Part shown: positions 1 to 10,321 of the stretch, piece by piece
How positions within the stretch are numbered: position 1 is the first letter of the stretch
How the letters are laid out: every line of letters begins with the position of its first letter
Origin: Bdellovibrionales bacterium
GTDB lineage: Bacteria; Bdellovibrionota; Bdellovibrionia; Bdellovibrionales; UBA1609
Length of the DNA: 64,000 nt
Direction: 5' to 3'
Assembly: GCA_965261545.1 (NCBI GenBank)
Contig: CBDHDF010000002.1
Coordinates: 448,001 to 512,000, forward strand
The notes under the pieces: model-generated
What the model was told of the DNA's origin: nothing
The model's input: only the letters and a program-made list of their open reading frames with translations
Databases searched by the model: none
Program-made: the position numbers and the translations under genes

Positions 1-286
1 ATAAATGAGGATGAAGACAGTGTGAATCAGTTGGTAAAAAATGACTACAAAAAACCTAACTTTAAACTGATTCTTGATTTCATAATGGATAGCATCCCCC
101 TTTTTGTTGCGGGGCTCTATCAGAAATTTAGGAAGCAGATAAAGTTGCTGATGAAGATTTCAATGGAGAAGAGGAGGCACTTCAAAAGAAGCTATGAAAG
201 GTCTATCAAAAGGGCTGGGAGTTCTTTTAAAAGAAATAGCTTAACGCAGAGGCAGAGGGGTGTGGTGGCTTAAGGAAACGGCATTG
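1..286 (+). mobile_element. IS4-family element, right part (transposase C-terminus to 273 plus right IR), cut by window start
   Basis: Near-identical to the 3' ends of the copies at 33019-34435 and 50413-51835; ends in IR CTTAAGGAAACGGCATTG. Confidence 0.9.
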
Positions 287-538
287 ACTTATAAGTCATC
301 ACCAAAAGGAGGGAGACCAAGACTCAAAAAGAGAAAAATTTTTGAAGGTATTTTATATGTTTCTAAAAACAATATCCCTTGGAAGGCTGTCCCGGAGGTT
401 TACGGATCAGGAAGTGCACTCAATGATTATTTTAGAGAGTGGGCTAGGAGTGGCGTTTTTCACAGAATTAAGAAAAGTCATTTTTCTCTTATTTTTTCCC
501 TCGATTGGGAGAAAATTGAAGCCCTTTATGAATCTTAG
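287..538 (+). pseudogene. IS5-like transposase N-terminal (DUF4096-like) fragment
   Basis: KGGRPR...IFEGILYV...IPW..VP..YGS......F.EW...GVF pattern; 5' end cut by the IS4 end. Confidence 0.6.
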
Positions 539-566
539 AGTTTAAATAACCATTGGAGGTTTAAGC

Positions 567-1085
567 ATGAAAGATTTTATTAACAAGGAAATATTAGCCA
601 AAGAAGATGTTTCTTACAAAAAAGGGGTTACTATCAAAAAAGTCTCTCCGAGGAAGAAGAAAGTGGTTCCAGGCACTGTGTCCATTCGCATAGCAAGTAG
701 TACGGGACGAACTCGGACAATGGTCAATCAACTGAACAAAAAAACAATGGGTCGGCAGGTGATTGTTGATGATGTGCTTTTTAAATCTCTAAATTTACTC
801 AAAGATGAGCACCTAGATGAAATAAAAAGATCAACCTATTCAGGTGATGACCTCTTAAACCTAAAGCATAAAGAGTATTGTGAGCTTCATGGGCATATCA
901 CAAAAGAGAAATTCCTAAAAATACTATTTGAGATAGAGCTTCCTAGTGTTGGGAATGAAGGCATACCAGGGGCAAGTGCAGGTGTAAGTGCAAATACGGC
1001 CACAAATGTAGGTATCAATGTATGTGCAGATACCAGGCAAGAAATTTCAGACCCAAACGAAGCTGAAAGGGCCTCCTGCAAGTAA
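567..1085 (+). CDS. Hypothetical protein (172 aa) of the integrase-linked cluster
   Basis: GGAGG RBS upstream; basic N-terminus; no recognised family. Confidence 0.7.
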   Translation: MKDFINKEILAKEDVSYKKGVTIKKVSPRKKKVVPGTVSIRIASSTGRTRTMVNQLNKKTMGRQVIVDDVLFKSLNLLKDEHLDEIKRSTYSGDDLLNLKHKEYCELHGHITKEKFLKILFEIELPSVGNEGIPGASAGVSANTATNVGINVCADTRQEISDPNEAERASCK

Positions 1086-1145
1086 TTTTAGGCCTCTTTT
1101 AGAACACGATTGCACTATTTTTCTATGGACTTGACGGGAGAAAAC

Positions 1146-1442
1146 ATGTTTAATAAAGATAAGAAATGTAACAATATTGTCAATATGGCTTTTGAGCCCA
1201 TTGGCGAAGAAAGTAAGCTCTTTGACAAAAGAATAGAAATCATTATTGCATTAAACCATCATGTGTTTAATGAAAAGGAAGCAGATTTTTACTGCCGTTG
1301 TAGTGTGGACAGCATACGCTACCATGCTTTGCGGTCTAGAAAGCTGACATTCTGCGATTTTAGTAAGGAGGGATTGGTTTTTCTTAAAGCCGACCTTGAT
1401 TCATTCCTGCATCAATCTAGAAAGCAGGTTTGTCGGGTCTAA
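1146..1442 (+). CDS. Putative excisionase-like HTH DNA-binding protein
   Basis: FNEKEA.FY...S.DSIRY...F.K.DLD.F resembles HTH_17/excisionase; lies directly upstream of the integrase; start uncertain. Confidence 0.55.
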   Translation: MFNKDKKCNNIVNMAFEPIGEESKLFDKRIEIIIALNHHVFNEKEADFYCRCSVDSIRYHALRSRKLTFCDFSKEGLVFLKADLDSFLHQSRKQVCRV

Positions 1443-1454
1443 TGGAGGAAGACT

Positions 1455-3057
1455 ATGACTGAATTATTTAAAATCGATGTACCCGATGAGTATGCCCCCA
1501 ATGTTTATATATATAAACGAGAAAGGGGTTGGTGCTGGAAGTTTAAATTACCTGACAGCAAGTGGTTTTATGGTTTTATCTCAACTGATGAAACAGCAGC
1601 GAGGAGAAGTGCCAAGAAAAAAGAGAAGCAACTCGCCAAGGGTCTGTTTACTCAAGAGGAGTTGAATAAAGTTTACAAAAACGCACATCAAGCTTTAACT
1701 TTTGATGTAGCGATTAAGGAATACATTGATCACCTCAAATTGGAAGGCGCTTCACCAAACTACTATAAGTCTTTAGAGGTCGATTTGCGATCTACAGCTT
1801 CTTTTTTTGAAAAAGAGGGGGTGAAGGTTGTATATAAATTGACTGAAGAGAACGCTTATAGCTTTCGCAAACATCTTCTTACAAGGATCAAGAACAAAAA
1901 GATGGCTAAGGTCACAGGTTTTCGACAACTGAACGATGTCAAACGGTTGTTCAAGTGGCTCAGAAAGCGGAAGAAAATTCCATTAAATCCTTGGTTAGAA
2001 ATTGATCCCATTTCAGTGTCAAAGGAGGAGAAGTCCCGAAATGTGATCCCTCCCATATATATTCTTCCTCAGCTATTATCTGCCAACTATCAACATCACT
2101 ATGCTTTCCCCATTAAGGAATTTGCCTATGGTCTTTTTCGTACTGGAGCAAGAAAGGATGAGTTGTTGTTTCTAGAGGTAGATGACGTGAATTGGTCCAA
2201 TGGTCATTGGCTTATTCGACCGAAAGAGTGCCCAACTCAACATGGGGGGCGGTGGTCTCCGAAGTACGGCAAAGTGAGGGAGGCTATGATTCCCTCCGAT
2301 GTTCTGGAGATGTTGAAGCCATTGGTGGAAAGAGCCATGAATCATAGAGTTGTTGGTTATGGGTGTGCTAATAATATACTGTAGAAATTACCGTCCTTTA
2401 GTCTAACTTAATACTATCAGTTTAAGAAGAATCTACCCACAAGATTGACTCTGCAAGTGCTTTGTATTGAACTTTTAAGGGATTGATGAAAATTTTAAGG
2501 CCTTAAACCGACAGTGTCGAGCTCAACCTATGACTAAATGCTGATTGAAGAGGGCACAAATTGACGCTGTGGGTATATAATCTACAGTATATCGTTAGCA
2601 CACCCTTGGTTATACTCCCAATGAAAAGGGCCTCAAGGTTCCCAAGGATGCACGATTTATTTTTACAATGGTCGATCGTCAGTTATCCAAGGGGAAATCA
2701 AGCCCTATTTATAGAAGAGTTGACTCAGTTCGTGGAGCTTGGGGAGCTTTGTTTGTTGCAGCAGGTTTAGTCAAACCCGAAGAAAGCTCAAGTCCATCAA
2801 CGAGGAAGTATAAGAATGGCACTAAATTAAGGAAAGATGTCAAAGTGGCATATACACGACACGATATGCGACGAGGTTTTAATTTGGCCGCAAAAGAAGC
2901 AGGTATGTCTCTGGATGACAGAGATTTGCTTCTCGGTCATGGTCGCAATGTGAATGAAAGTCACTATGGCGGAAAACCTGAATTGGATGCCGAAAAAATC
3001 TCTGAGATACTGCATAACAAGATGTGGTCTCTTGAGAAAGTTCCTAGGGATGAATAG
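1455..3057 (+). pseudogene. Tyrosine recombinase/integrase interrupted by a 245-bp MITE
   Basis: Removing 2361-2613 fuses ORFs 1455-2384 and 2668-3057 in frame (VVGY/TPNEK, about 449 aa); catalytic motifs TGARKDE, RHDMRR, LLGH, ESHY. Confidence 0.9.
2361..2605. mobile_element. MITE, 245 bp
   Basis: 25-bp IRs GGGTGTGCTAA(TA/CG)ATATACTGTAGA; 8-bp TSD TTGGTTAT at 2353-2360 and 2606-2613. Confidence 0.9.
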
Positions 3058-3204
3058 AAGATGTGGATTTTGTGTGTACAATTGCGCGTATTGCCCGCAC
3101 TGGTTGCACCCATTACCCTCACTTTCCCTATTTCAATGCGTCATTGATGATTTTCCTTCCCATTTCTGGGGAAAATTTTAGTTAATTTGTAATCCTATTT
3201 CTTC

Positions 3205-3957
3205 CTATTTTAGGGAAAAGTCCTGGTCAAGTTTTGTTCCCTGGATTTTTCGATAACTCTCTCCTTTAAGTAAAATTTTTATGGCGGTATGCTTCAAACG
3301 GTCGATGATAGTATCTGCCAGCACCTCATCATCAATAATTTCTGACCAATGCGTTATTGGCAGTTGAGTGGTAATAACGGTGGACCTATCGGAACGAAAC
3401 TTTAAAATATCGCAGAAGTCTGTGGATTCACTTTGGGAGAACTTCCTTAATCCAAAGTCATCAAAAATTAACACTTGGGGGCGGCCCAGACGACGCAAGT
3501 AGTTCAAATACCTTCCTGAGTGCCTTTCCAGGGCCAAGGTTTCTAGAAATATGTTGATGTCTATAAACAGTGTGGAGATTCTGGATTGACAACACTGGTG
3601 TCCCAGGCTCTGGGCCAAGAAGGTTTTACCCACCCCCGTTGGCCCTTCGACAATGATAGACCTTTGCTCCTTAACCCATGATAAAGTTTGAAGCCTATCC
3701 ACCTCTCTTTTACTAATAGACCTTTTGGCATGGTGGTCAAATGCCTCACCTCTGACCTTGTGAGGCAGCTTTGAGGTCTTGAGAAGTCTTTGGCTGAATT
3801 GGATTTTCCGAGCCTCCACTTCTGCAAATAACAGCTCGTTCAATAGATCCAATGCTTGAGTCTTGTGGCTTGTGTTATCCAGCGCCACTTCAAGGCTGTC
3901 TAACATTCCATAGAGCTTCAACTCATGCATGTGGTTTTTGATTTGTACTTCATCCAT
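3205..3957 (-). CDS. istB: IS21 helper ATPase IstB
   Basis: Walker A GPTGVGKT, Walker B LIFDDFG, DRL.H and GESYR motifs. Confidence 0.95.
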   Translation of the reverse strand: MDEVQIKNHMHELKLYGMLDSLEVALDNTSHKTQALDLLNELLFAEVEARKIQFSQRLLKTSKLPHKVRGEAFDHHAKRSISKREVDRLQTLSWVKEQRSIIVEGPTGVGKTFLAQSLGHQCCQSRISTLFIDINIFLETLALERHSGRYLNYLRRLGRPQVLIFDDFGLRKFSQSESTDFCDILKFRSDRSTVITTQLPITHWSEIIDDEVLADTIIDRLKHTAIKILLKGESYRKIQGTKLDQDFSLK

Positions 3958-5473
3958 CTGGCACCTCCTTGGGGCTTTGGTTATTTGGATTTTCGTTATG
4001 TCGCAAATAAGGGTTGCCTTGTTTACGATCTATTTTCTCGTTCACCTTTTTTATTTTTTGCCCTTTATAGAAATGGAGTTGTTGCTGAAAATATCTAACC
4101 CTCCTTTTCTCCCACTGCTTGCAGTCCTCAAGGGCTTTGATAATGAGAGGAAGGGACTTTTCCTTGCCCTCTTTCTGGATTTCTTTGTGACAGGAGCTTA
4201 CAAAGCCCATAGCTCTTCTGAGATTTTCAATGGTCCCACCCTGAAAAAGCTCCTCAATGAAGTTTTCAAGCTCTTTACAAATCATACTTGCTTGAATAAG
4301 AATGTTCTGGGGAGTGGCCTCCTTGTAGGCGCGACTGGGCTCCGGGAGGTGTTCGTTTTTGGTGATGTACTCTCCGAGTTTACCTTTGGTCCTCTTGTGG
4401 CGAGCGAGGAGCTGTTTTTGAAAGTAAATCTCCACACTCTCCACTCCAATTTTTACATCTACATACTCCCCTCGGTGCTGAAACGGAGCCGAGTAGAAGT
4501 TGGATTCAACGCTCACATGACAGTCTTGGTGGAGTTTTTTCTTCTCCCAACGTCCCCACCGGTAGGGAAAAGAAGGCAAGGGTTTTAAAGTTTTTACCTC
4601 TCGTTGAAATTTTTCATTGCGAGAGACCTTAAATCTTGTGTGAGGGCGAGCATTTATCTTCTCGCACACCTCCCTTAAAGCCTTATTAATTTGATCCAGA
4701 CTGGTGAAGGTCTCTCGTCTGTACATAAACCTGAGGGCCCTTGTAACGAGCTTCACGGCATTCTCAGTAAGGCTTTTATCCTGGGGACGACGAACTCGAG
4801 CGGGAACAGCCACCGTGTCATAGTGTTCCAAAAGCTCTTGGTAGGATTTATTCAACTCTGGATCATACAAATGGGGTGTGTTCACTCCAGTCTTTAAATT
4901 ATCAGGAACAACCACTCTCGGAACCCCACCGTAATATTCAAACATCAGAACGTGAGCGTGAAGAAAATCTTCACTAGATTCGCTCAAAGAGCCATAAGCA
5001 AAAATACGCTGAGAGAAACATAGATTTGAGCAAAATATATGGGCCTTATGAATATTAAGGTCTTCATCGATCCACTCTGGCTGAAATCCTGCGTAATCAA
5101 CCTCAACTTGGTGGCCTGGCTGAAAATCACGCAAGGTAATAATCCTTTTGCCAGCTTTTGGAAATTGCTTATGAAACTCCCTCGTAAACTGGGGGTAGCT
5201 AATGACCTTCAGAAATTTTTCCTCCCAAACGTCACTTAAACAATGCCTATCCTCAATCTCCTTCTCAATAATCTTCCAATCTATACCGTAAGACCAAGGG
5301 GGAATTTCTCTTTGGGTCTTCCAATCCTTGGGGTCTGTTAAAAGACCACGTCTTATCTTTCTAAGAGTCTTGGTGCAGCATTTCATGCGGCGACTGATTT
5401 CTCGGTCGGGAATATTTGCCTTTATTAATGATTTTATTTTTGTGTAACGCTCATGATCCATCTTTGTTCTCAT
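3950..5473 (-). CDS. istA: IS21 transposase IstA
   Basis: PG...EVDYAG, VPDNLKTGV, PARVRRPQDK..E motifs; AAGGAGG RBS before MRTKMD. Confidence 0.95.
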   Translation of the reverse strand: MRTKMDHERYTKIKSLIKANIPDREISRRMKCCTKTLRKIRRGLLTDPKDWKTQREIPPWSYGIDWKIIEKEIEDRHCLSDVWEEKFLKVISYPQFTREFHKQFPKAGKRIITLRDFQPGHQVEVDYAGFQPEWIDEDLNIHKAHIFCSNLCFSQRIFAYGSLSESSEDFLHAHVLMFEYYGGVPRVVVPDNLKTGVNTPHLYDPELNKSYQELLEHYDTVAVPARVRRPQDKSLTENAVKLVTRALRFMYRRETFTSLDQINKALREVCEKINARPHTRFKVSRNEKFQREVKTLKPLPSFPYRWGRWEKKKLHQDCHVSVESNFYSAPFQHRGEYVDVKIGVESVEIYFQKQLLARHKRTKGKLGEYITKNEHLPEPSRAYKEATPQNILIQASMICKELENFIEELFQGGTIENLRRAMGFVSSCHKEIQKEGKEKSLPLIIKALEDCKQWEKRRVRYFQQQLHFYKGQKIKKVNEKIDRKQGNPYLRHNENPNNQSPKEVPDG

Positions 5474-5554
5474 TTCGACCTCCTTGGTTAAAGATTGGAG
5501 GTCTTTATAGAACATCAATGACGCTATGCTAAGGGGAATCAGTCATGCCAATCA

Positions 5555-5663
5555 GTGCGGGCAATGCCATGCAACTGGTGCGGGCAATGCCATGCAACTG
5601 GTGCGGGCAATGCCATGCAACTGGTGAGGGTAATGCCATGCAACTGGTGAGGGTAATGCCATG
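5555..5663. repeat. 23-bp tandem repeats of the IS21 left end (continue at 9513-9562; about 7 units in total)
   Basis: GTG(C/A)GGG(C/T)AATGCCATGCAACTG head-to-tail with no spacers; fifth unit split by the intron. Confidence 0.9.
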
Positions 5664-6361
5664 GTTCGCCGGGCGAACTGAGATAAGATAGGGGGTTAGA
5701 GTCCCCCGAGAGGAAGGTCAACCGACCACTTCTCTCCCCAAGCCGTGCGCTGTCGGCCGTGAGGCCGAAGCGATGTATCGGTAGGGGTGTGTGTGGGCCA
5801 AATAATTGAGCGTCGAAAATGCCGAACTCTGGAGTGCGGAGGCTGTCATGGTAGCCGAACGCAACATACCCACCAGCGCTATGGTGAGTTGGTGGGTGAC
5901 TCCACGGCGTCGTAGAAACTGGCACATACATGAATCTTATCTCGGGACCTCGGGAGGTCTTTATTTAACCCCGTCATGTGCGACGGGCGACATGGGAAAG
6001 GAGGTAACCGTAACCCATGAACGAAATAAAGAAATCGGATCCACTCATAGTAGCGATGAAGAGGACGAACAAAGGGCCTACAAGCCCAGCGGAGTCCTTG
6101 GAGCGAAGGGGTGGAACTGAAGGGAACTCAATCCGTCAAAGCATCTGCCGAACACAGAGTTGGGAAAAGGTGTCACAGGCGACGGAGCGAGTCCGTATAG
6201 CAGCAAAGAGAAAGGATGGTAAGCTCACTTGCTTGCTTCACCATGTATCTGTGGAAGCCCTCCACTTGGCTTACCTCTATTTGAATAGGGGAGCCAGTGC
6301 GGGAGTGGACCATTTAACATGGAAGGAGTATGGCGAGAACCTCGTGCAAAACCTGTTCGAT

Positions 6362-7996
6362 TTACATCGTCGGGTCCACACTACTCCCCGGACACAATGG
6401 CAAACTTTTGGAGGTTGGCACAACGTGTCGAACTACAATTTCACTTGCCTTAATGTTCACCTCAACCTCCTTCACCAGTAGCCTTACAATCTCCTTTTTT
6501 TGCTCAAAACTCAATACCTTTAAATTGGCACTCACTTTTTTTTGGAATTCTTGGAGTTGATCTACAAGCTGTAGTTGTTGTCCTTCTTGCCTTTGCTCAT
6601 ACTCTAAAGATTGCTTTTCATTTTCAAGTTGCTTTATTTTTCCTCTTATTTTTTTTAATCGTGACTCTATTTCTGATAGATTTAGAGTTCCATTTTGATA
6701 AAGATCCAAGAGACGTTCCTTTTCATGTGTTATTTGACGAATCTCCTGAGCCTTTTTTACAATTAATTTTTCCAATGATTGTTGTTCACCTTTTTGCTCA
6801 TGAATTCTACTTGTATACTCATCTATAACTGTCTGCGGATTTTCAAGTAATTTAACTGTTTGTTCCCAAACTAAGTCATCTAAAACTTCAACTCTTACGG
6901 GATGAGATGAGCAAACTCTACCTTTAGCTGGCCACCTATAACCATCTTGTCCCATGCAGCGATAATAACAAAGCTTATACCTTGAGTGAGAAGCAGGTTT
7001 GCCATAGATCGAATAACCACACTCTTTGCATCGTAAAAGACCACTTAACAAATACTCATATTTTTTATTATTCCGAGAGGAAAGTTTTTTGTTAGCTTCC
7101 AATTGGCTGGACGCATCTTGAAAAGTTTTTGAAGAAATTATAGATGGAACGGGAATATATATCCAATCCTTTTTATTTCGATTGGAAGAACTTGATTTAT
7201 GTTTTTTTGGATAAAAATTATTGTCTCTTGCGAACTTGGTTGGACGCAACCTTTCTACCTTGATAGTCTTTCTAAAAGCAGCTTGTCCATAATAAGCGGG
7301 ATTTTTAAGCATACACAAGATAGTTGAACGCCCCCAAATACCTTGTTGTCTTCTAGTAGGCACCCCCCTTATATTTAATTCCTTTGCAATTGCTCTAATA
7401 CTTAGTTTGTTTCGGCAATACATTTGAAAAATATTTTTAACAACTTTAGACTCTTCTGGATGGATTTCATATCGTGCGTCAGCGGAGTCTGTTTTCAGAA
7501 TATATATATAACCATAGGGGGCTCCACATAAAACGCTAACAAAGCCCTTAGAAGCCTTTTGAAGTTTACCCCTTCGACTTCTTTCCATAATTTTTTCTCT
7601 TTCATATTCTGAAATGACTCCTTGTATTTGTAGCAAAAGCTGATCTTCGGGTGAATTTGTAATATCTCTATTAGAAAAAATAATTTCAACACCTAGCCTC
7701 TGAAATTCTTCAATTAGAATCAATTGATGGGCATATTTACGAGCTAATCTGTCTGGACATAACACAAGTACCTTTGTAACCTCCCCAGAAAAAGCTTTGT
7801 CGCGAAGAGAGTCTAAAGCAGGACGAACAAGGGTGGCGCCACTCACACCATTATCCATAAATATAAGATCCTCCTCTACACAAAAATTGTGTTCCTTAGC
7901 GAAATCGTGAAGACTAGAAATCTGTGAATCAATGGTTCCCTCTTGAGCTTGTTTATCTGAGGACACTCGACAATAAAGAGCTACTGATGTTTCCAT
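6362..7996 (-). CDS. Large serine recombinase (resolvase, recombinase, zinc ribbon, coiled coil), 544 aa
   Basis: YCRVSS, D.GVSG, DRLAR, APYGY, LLSGLLRCKECG...YYRC. Confidence 0.95.
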   Translation of the reverse strand: METSVALYCRVSSDKQAQEGTIDSQISSLHDFAKEHNFCVEEDLIFMDNGVSGATLVRPALDSLRDKAFSGEVTKVLVLCPDRLARKYAHQLILIEEFQRLGVEIIFSNRDITNSPEDQLLLQIQGVISEYEREKIMERSRRGKLQKASKGFVSVLCGAPYGYIYILKTDSADARYEIHPEESKVVKNIFQMYCRNKLSIRAIAKELNIRGVPTRRQQGIWGRSTILCMLKNPAYYGQAAFRKTIKVERLRPTKFARDNNFYPKKHKSSSSNRNKKDWIYIPVPSIISSKTFQDASSQLEANKKLSSRNNKKYEYLLSGLLRCKECGYSIYGKPASHSRYKLCYYRCMGQDGYRWPAKGRVCSSHPVRVEVLDDLVWEQTVKLLENPQTVIDEYTSRIHEQKGEQQSLEKLIVKKAQEIRQITHEKERLLDLYQNGTLNLSEIESRLKKIRGKIKQLENEKQSLEYEQRQEGQQLQLVDQLQEFQKKVSANLKVLSFEQKKEIVRLLVKEVEVNIKASEIVVRHVVPTSKSLPLCPGSSVDPTM

Positions 7997-8319
7997 TTTT
8001 AACCTCCATTATTTTCTGTTGTTTTACTTTCTGCTTTAATTGTTTCTTTATTTTTGGAACAACAACTTCGTATGTCTGTTGAATCCGTGTGGTTTGGTCG
8101 CTTTGATAGACACTTTTTAGCTGAGCTGTCCATGGATTTTGATGTTTTGTTTGGTGGGCCATTATCATTCCTTTGACTATGGTTCGAAGCTAAATGGGAA
8201 GAATCCTCAGGTGGATGCCAACGATAGTGAGCATATTTACGACCACTTGCATAAAGTGAATGATTATATATATTTATGGAAATTTCAATGGAAAAGTTGT
8301 CTATTGTGTCCGAGGAGTA
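6382..8319 (-). mobile_element. 1938-bp element encoding a large serine recombinase
   Basis: Terminal IRs TACTCC(C/T)CGGACACAAT(G/A)G; flanking AC dinucleotide duplicated; removal restores RT VH-T-GAY. Confidence 0.88.
7953..8168 (-). CDS. Small basic hypothetical protein upstream of the LSR (possible accessory or directionality factor)
   Basis: 71 aa, overlaps LSR start; role is inference. Confidence 0.4.
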   Translation of the reverse strand: MIMAHQTKHQNPWTAQLKSVYQSDQTTRIQQTYEVVVPKIKKQLKQKVKQQKIMEVKNGNISSSLLSSVLR

Positions 8320-9573
8320 ACGGGTGCTTACAAAGGGCAACCTGTCTTGCGGGTAGAAATACCCAAGTCAGACGGGGGCACAAGACCCTTGGGTGTCCTG
8401 GCCTGGAGGACAAGATTGTCCAGAAGGCCGTTGTAGACAGCATCCTCTCTCCCATCTACGAGGAACATTTCCTCGGTTATAGCTACGGATTCCGTCCAGG
8501 GCGTGGAGCGCATAATGCGTTGGATGCTCTGGCTTACGGAATAGAGCGTAGAAAGATCAGCTACATATTGGATGCGGATATAAAATCCTACTTCGATAGC
8601 GTGGATAGAAAGACTCTAATTCGCTTTCTAAAACACCTCATCGGAGATGAGAGACTCATTCGTCTCTTTGAAAAGTGGCTCAAGTGCGGAGTGCTATCTC
8701 AAGGCGTCTTAGAAGACACAGGGAGAGGGACCGTTCAAGGTTCAAATATTTCCCCTATCTTCGCCAACATATATTTACATTATGTGTTGGATTTATGGAT
8801 GCAGAAATGGCGCAAGGACCATGCCACAGGGGACATGATATTTGTTCGCTACGCCGATGACTTTGTCGTAGGCTTTCAATACAAGGGGGAAGCTGAACGC
8901 TTCCTCAATGATCTGAAGCGCAGGCTTAAGGAGTTTTCTCTAGAAATACATCCGGGGAAAACTCGCCTCATAGAGTTCGGTCGATTTGCAAATGCAAATT
9001 GCCGCCGACGAGGTCTTGGTCACTCCGAGACTTTTGATTTCTTAGGATTCACTCACTTTTGTGTGCGCACGAGGAAAGGAGGCTTTAGGATAGGGCGTAA
9101 ACCCATATCCAAGAGAGTCTGCCGGACCTTACAGCACCTGAAGCTGAGTCTGAGAAAACGAGTCTACACGAGGGACCTAGCGGAATGTGCAAAGTGGTTG
9201 GGTTTGGTCATCAAAGGCTGGCTCAATTATTTTGCGGTTCCAGGAAGTACGGTGTACCTACGAAAATTTATTTGCGCAATCAGGAGTGCTTGGATGAAAG
9301 CCATCCGACGACGCTCACAGCGTGGACGGAGATTCTCGTGGAAGAGGTTGGATAGAATGATTCGTCTATTCTGGCCTCGTATATCCATACGCCACCCGTG
9401 GCCAACAGATAGGTTCGCTATGCGGTACCACCTGAAGTAGGAGCCGGATGCTTTAACGAGCACGTCCGGATCTGTGCGGGGGGTGCGTGGCAACACGCAT
9501 TCCTACCGTAACCAACTGGTGAGGGTAATGTCATGCAATCGGTGAGGGCAATGCCATGCAATTTTACATTTTG

Positions 9574-9626
9574 TGGTGCCCCGGGCCAGACTTGAACTGG
9601 CACATCCGGCAAAGGATCCAGGATTT
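9574..9626 (-). repeat. Duplicated 3' half of tRNA-Leu (att site)
   Basis: 53-bp direct repeat of 10322-10374 with one mismatch, ending in the anticodon loop. Confidence 0.9.
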
Positions 9627-9633
9627 GTTATGC

Positions 9634-9972
9634 TTAGGTGTCCAATAGCTCATTAACCTCTTTTACCAGTTTGGAGAGGCTGTTTTCAATAACTCCCCAA
9701 ACTGTCCAGTTGTTAACTTCGGCATAGCCATGTATGAGAATATTCCTAAAGGCAATAATATGCTGATAATGACTAATTTTGGAGGTTAGTTGGGGATTAA
9801 CTTTTGCAAGCTGGGCGATGGCTTCTCCAATGATTTCAAGCTGACGCTCTGTCGCAGAACGTAAGAGAATATCACTTTGATAGTCTTCAAAGGTTTTGCC
9901 TGAAGTAAATTGTTTTACAAACTCTATAGCTTTTTGGATGTCATAAAGGTATTTTTTTTCTTTAAGCCGCAT
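9634..9972 (-). CDS. HEPN (DUF86) ribonuclease toxin, HepT-like
   Basis: ERQLEIIGEA and RNILIHGY (RX4HXY) motifs. Confidence 0.9.
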   Translation of the reverse strand: MRLKEKKYLYDIQKAIEFVKQFTSGKTFEDYQSDILLRSATERQLEIIGEAIAQLAKVNPQLTSKISHYQHIIAFRNILIHGYAEVNNWTVWGVIENSLSKLVKEVNELLDT

Positions 9973-10264
9973 AGATAGGTTTTCTCGTTTCATCGACACT
10001 TTGTCGAAAAAAGGGATTTGTAATAGCTACGTCTTCAACAAGATCTATGTGACAGCCGAAAAGCTGTTTCAAATCTTCAAGGAGATTAAAATAGGCTTTT
10101 GCATGTTCTCCTGGAGGAAGGCTTTGAAATTCGACGAGAAAATCTAAGTCATTGGGCTTTAGGCTTCCTGTAGCTGCTGATCCGAATATGTCGAGTGTTA
10201 CGACGTGGTAGTGGATACAGAGTTCTTGGATATCTTTGACCTTTTCTTTTACGAACGGGGACAT
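9962..10264 (-). CDS. Minimal nucleotidyltransferase antitoxin, MntA-like
   Basis: IFGS...DLDFLVEF...IDLV; overlaps the HEPN start. Confidence 0.9.
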   Translation of the reverse strand: MSPFVKEKVKDIQELCIHYHVVTLDIFGSAATGSLKPNDLDFLVEFQSLPPGEHAKAYFNLLEDLKQLFGCHIDLVEDVAITNPFFRQSVDETRKPIYAA

Positions 10265-10321
10265 AGGCTCCTTTTCTAGTAAGAGCTTCATTTTGCTTTA
10301 TATAGAAAAAGTGAAACCCTG

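Larger units (their letters stand above)
6170..9440 (+). pseudogene. ltrA: Group II intron reverse transcriptase/maturase split by the LSR element (6170-6381 plus 8322-9440), with an extra frameshift near 8400
   Basis: AGVD, IPKSDGGTRPLG, SYGFRPGR, LDADIKSYFD, QGS.ISP, RYADDF, FDFLGF, HPWP; no endonuclease domain. Confidence 0.9.
5664..9512 (+). mobile_element. Group II intron (possibly bacterial class E-like), RT disrupted
   Basis: 5' GTTCG start; domain V GAGCCGGATGC...CACGTCCGGATC at 9441; domain VI ending AC; flanks rejoin as GCCATG/CAACTG. Confidence 0.9.
3075..9568 (-). mobile_element. IS21-family element (about 2.65 kb) carrying a group II intron in its left-end repeats
   Basis: TGT...ACA termini with related IRs; 7-bp TSD TTTTGTG at 3068-3074 and 9569-9575; istA/istB. 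Confidence 0.92.

Noticed and set aside
5555..5663. Possible CRISPR array
   Set aside because: 23-bp units are head-to-tail with no spacers, match the IS21 IR, and no cas genes are present
5539..6169. ORFs 5539-5931, 5718-5927 and 5806-6120
   Set aside because: Overlap the intron ribozyme domain I and IS repeats; no protein features
8139..8400. N-terminus of the 433-aa ORF
   Set aside because: Chimeric read-through from the LSR element end; the true RT N-terminus is at 6170-6381
6170..9440. RT as a DGR or retron acting on BspA or RHS genes
   Set aside because: The RT lies inside a group II intron with domains V and VI; I saw no adenine-specific TR/VR pair
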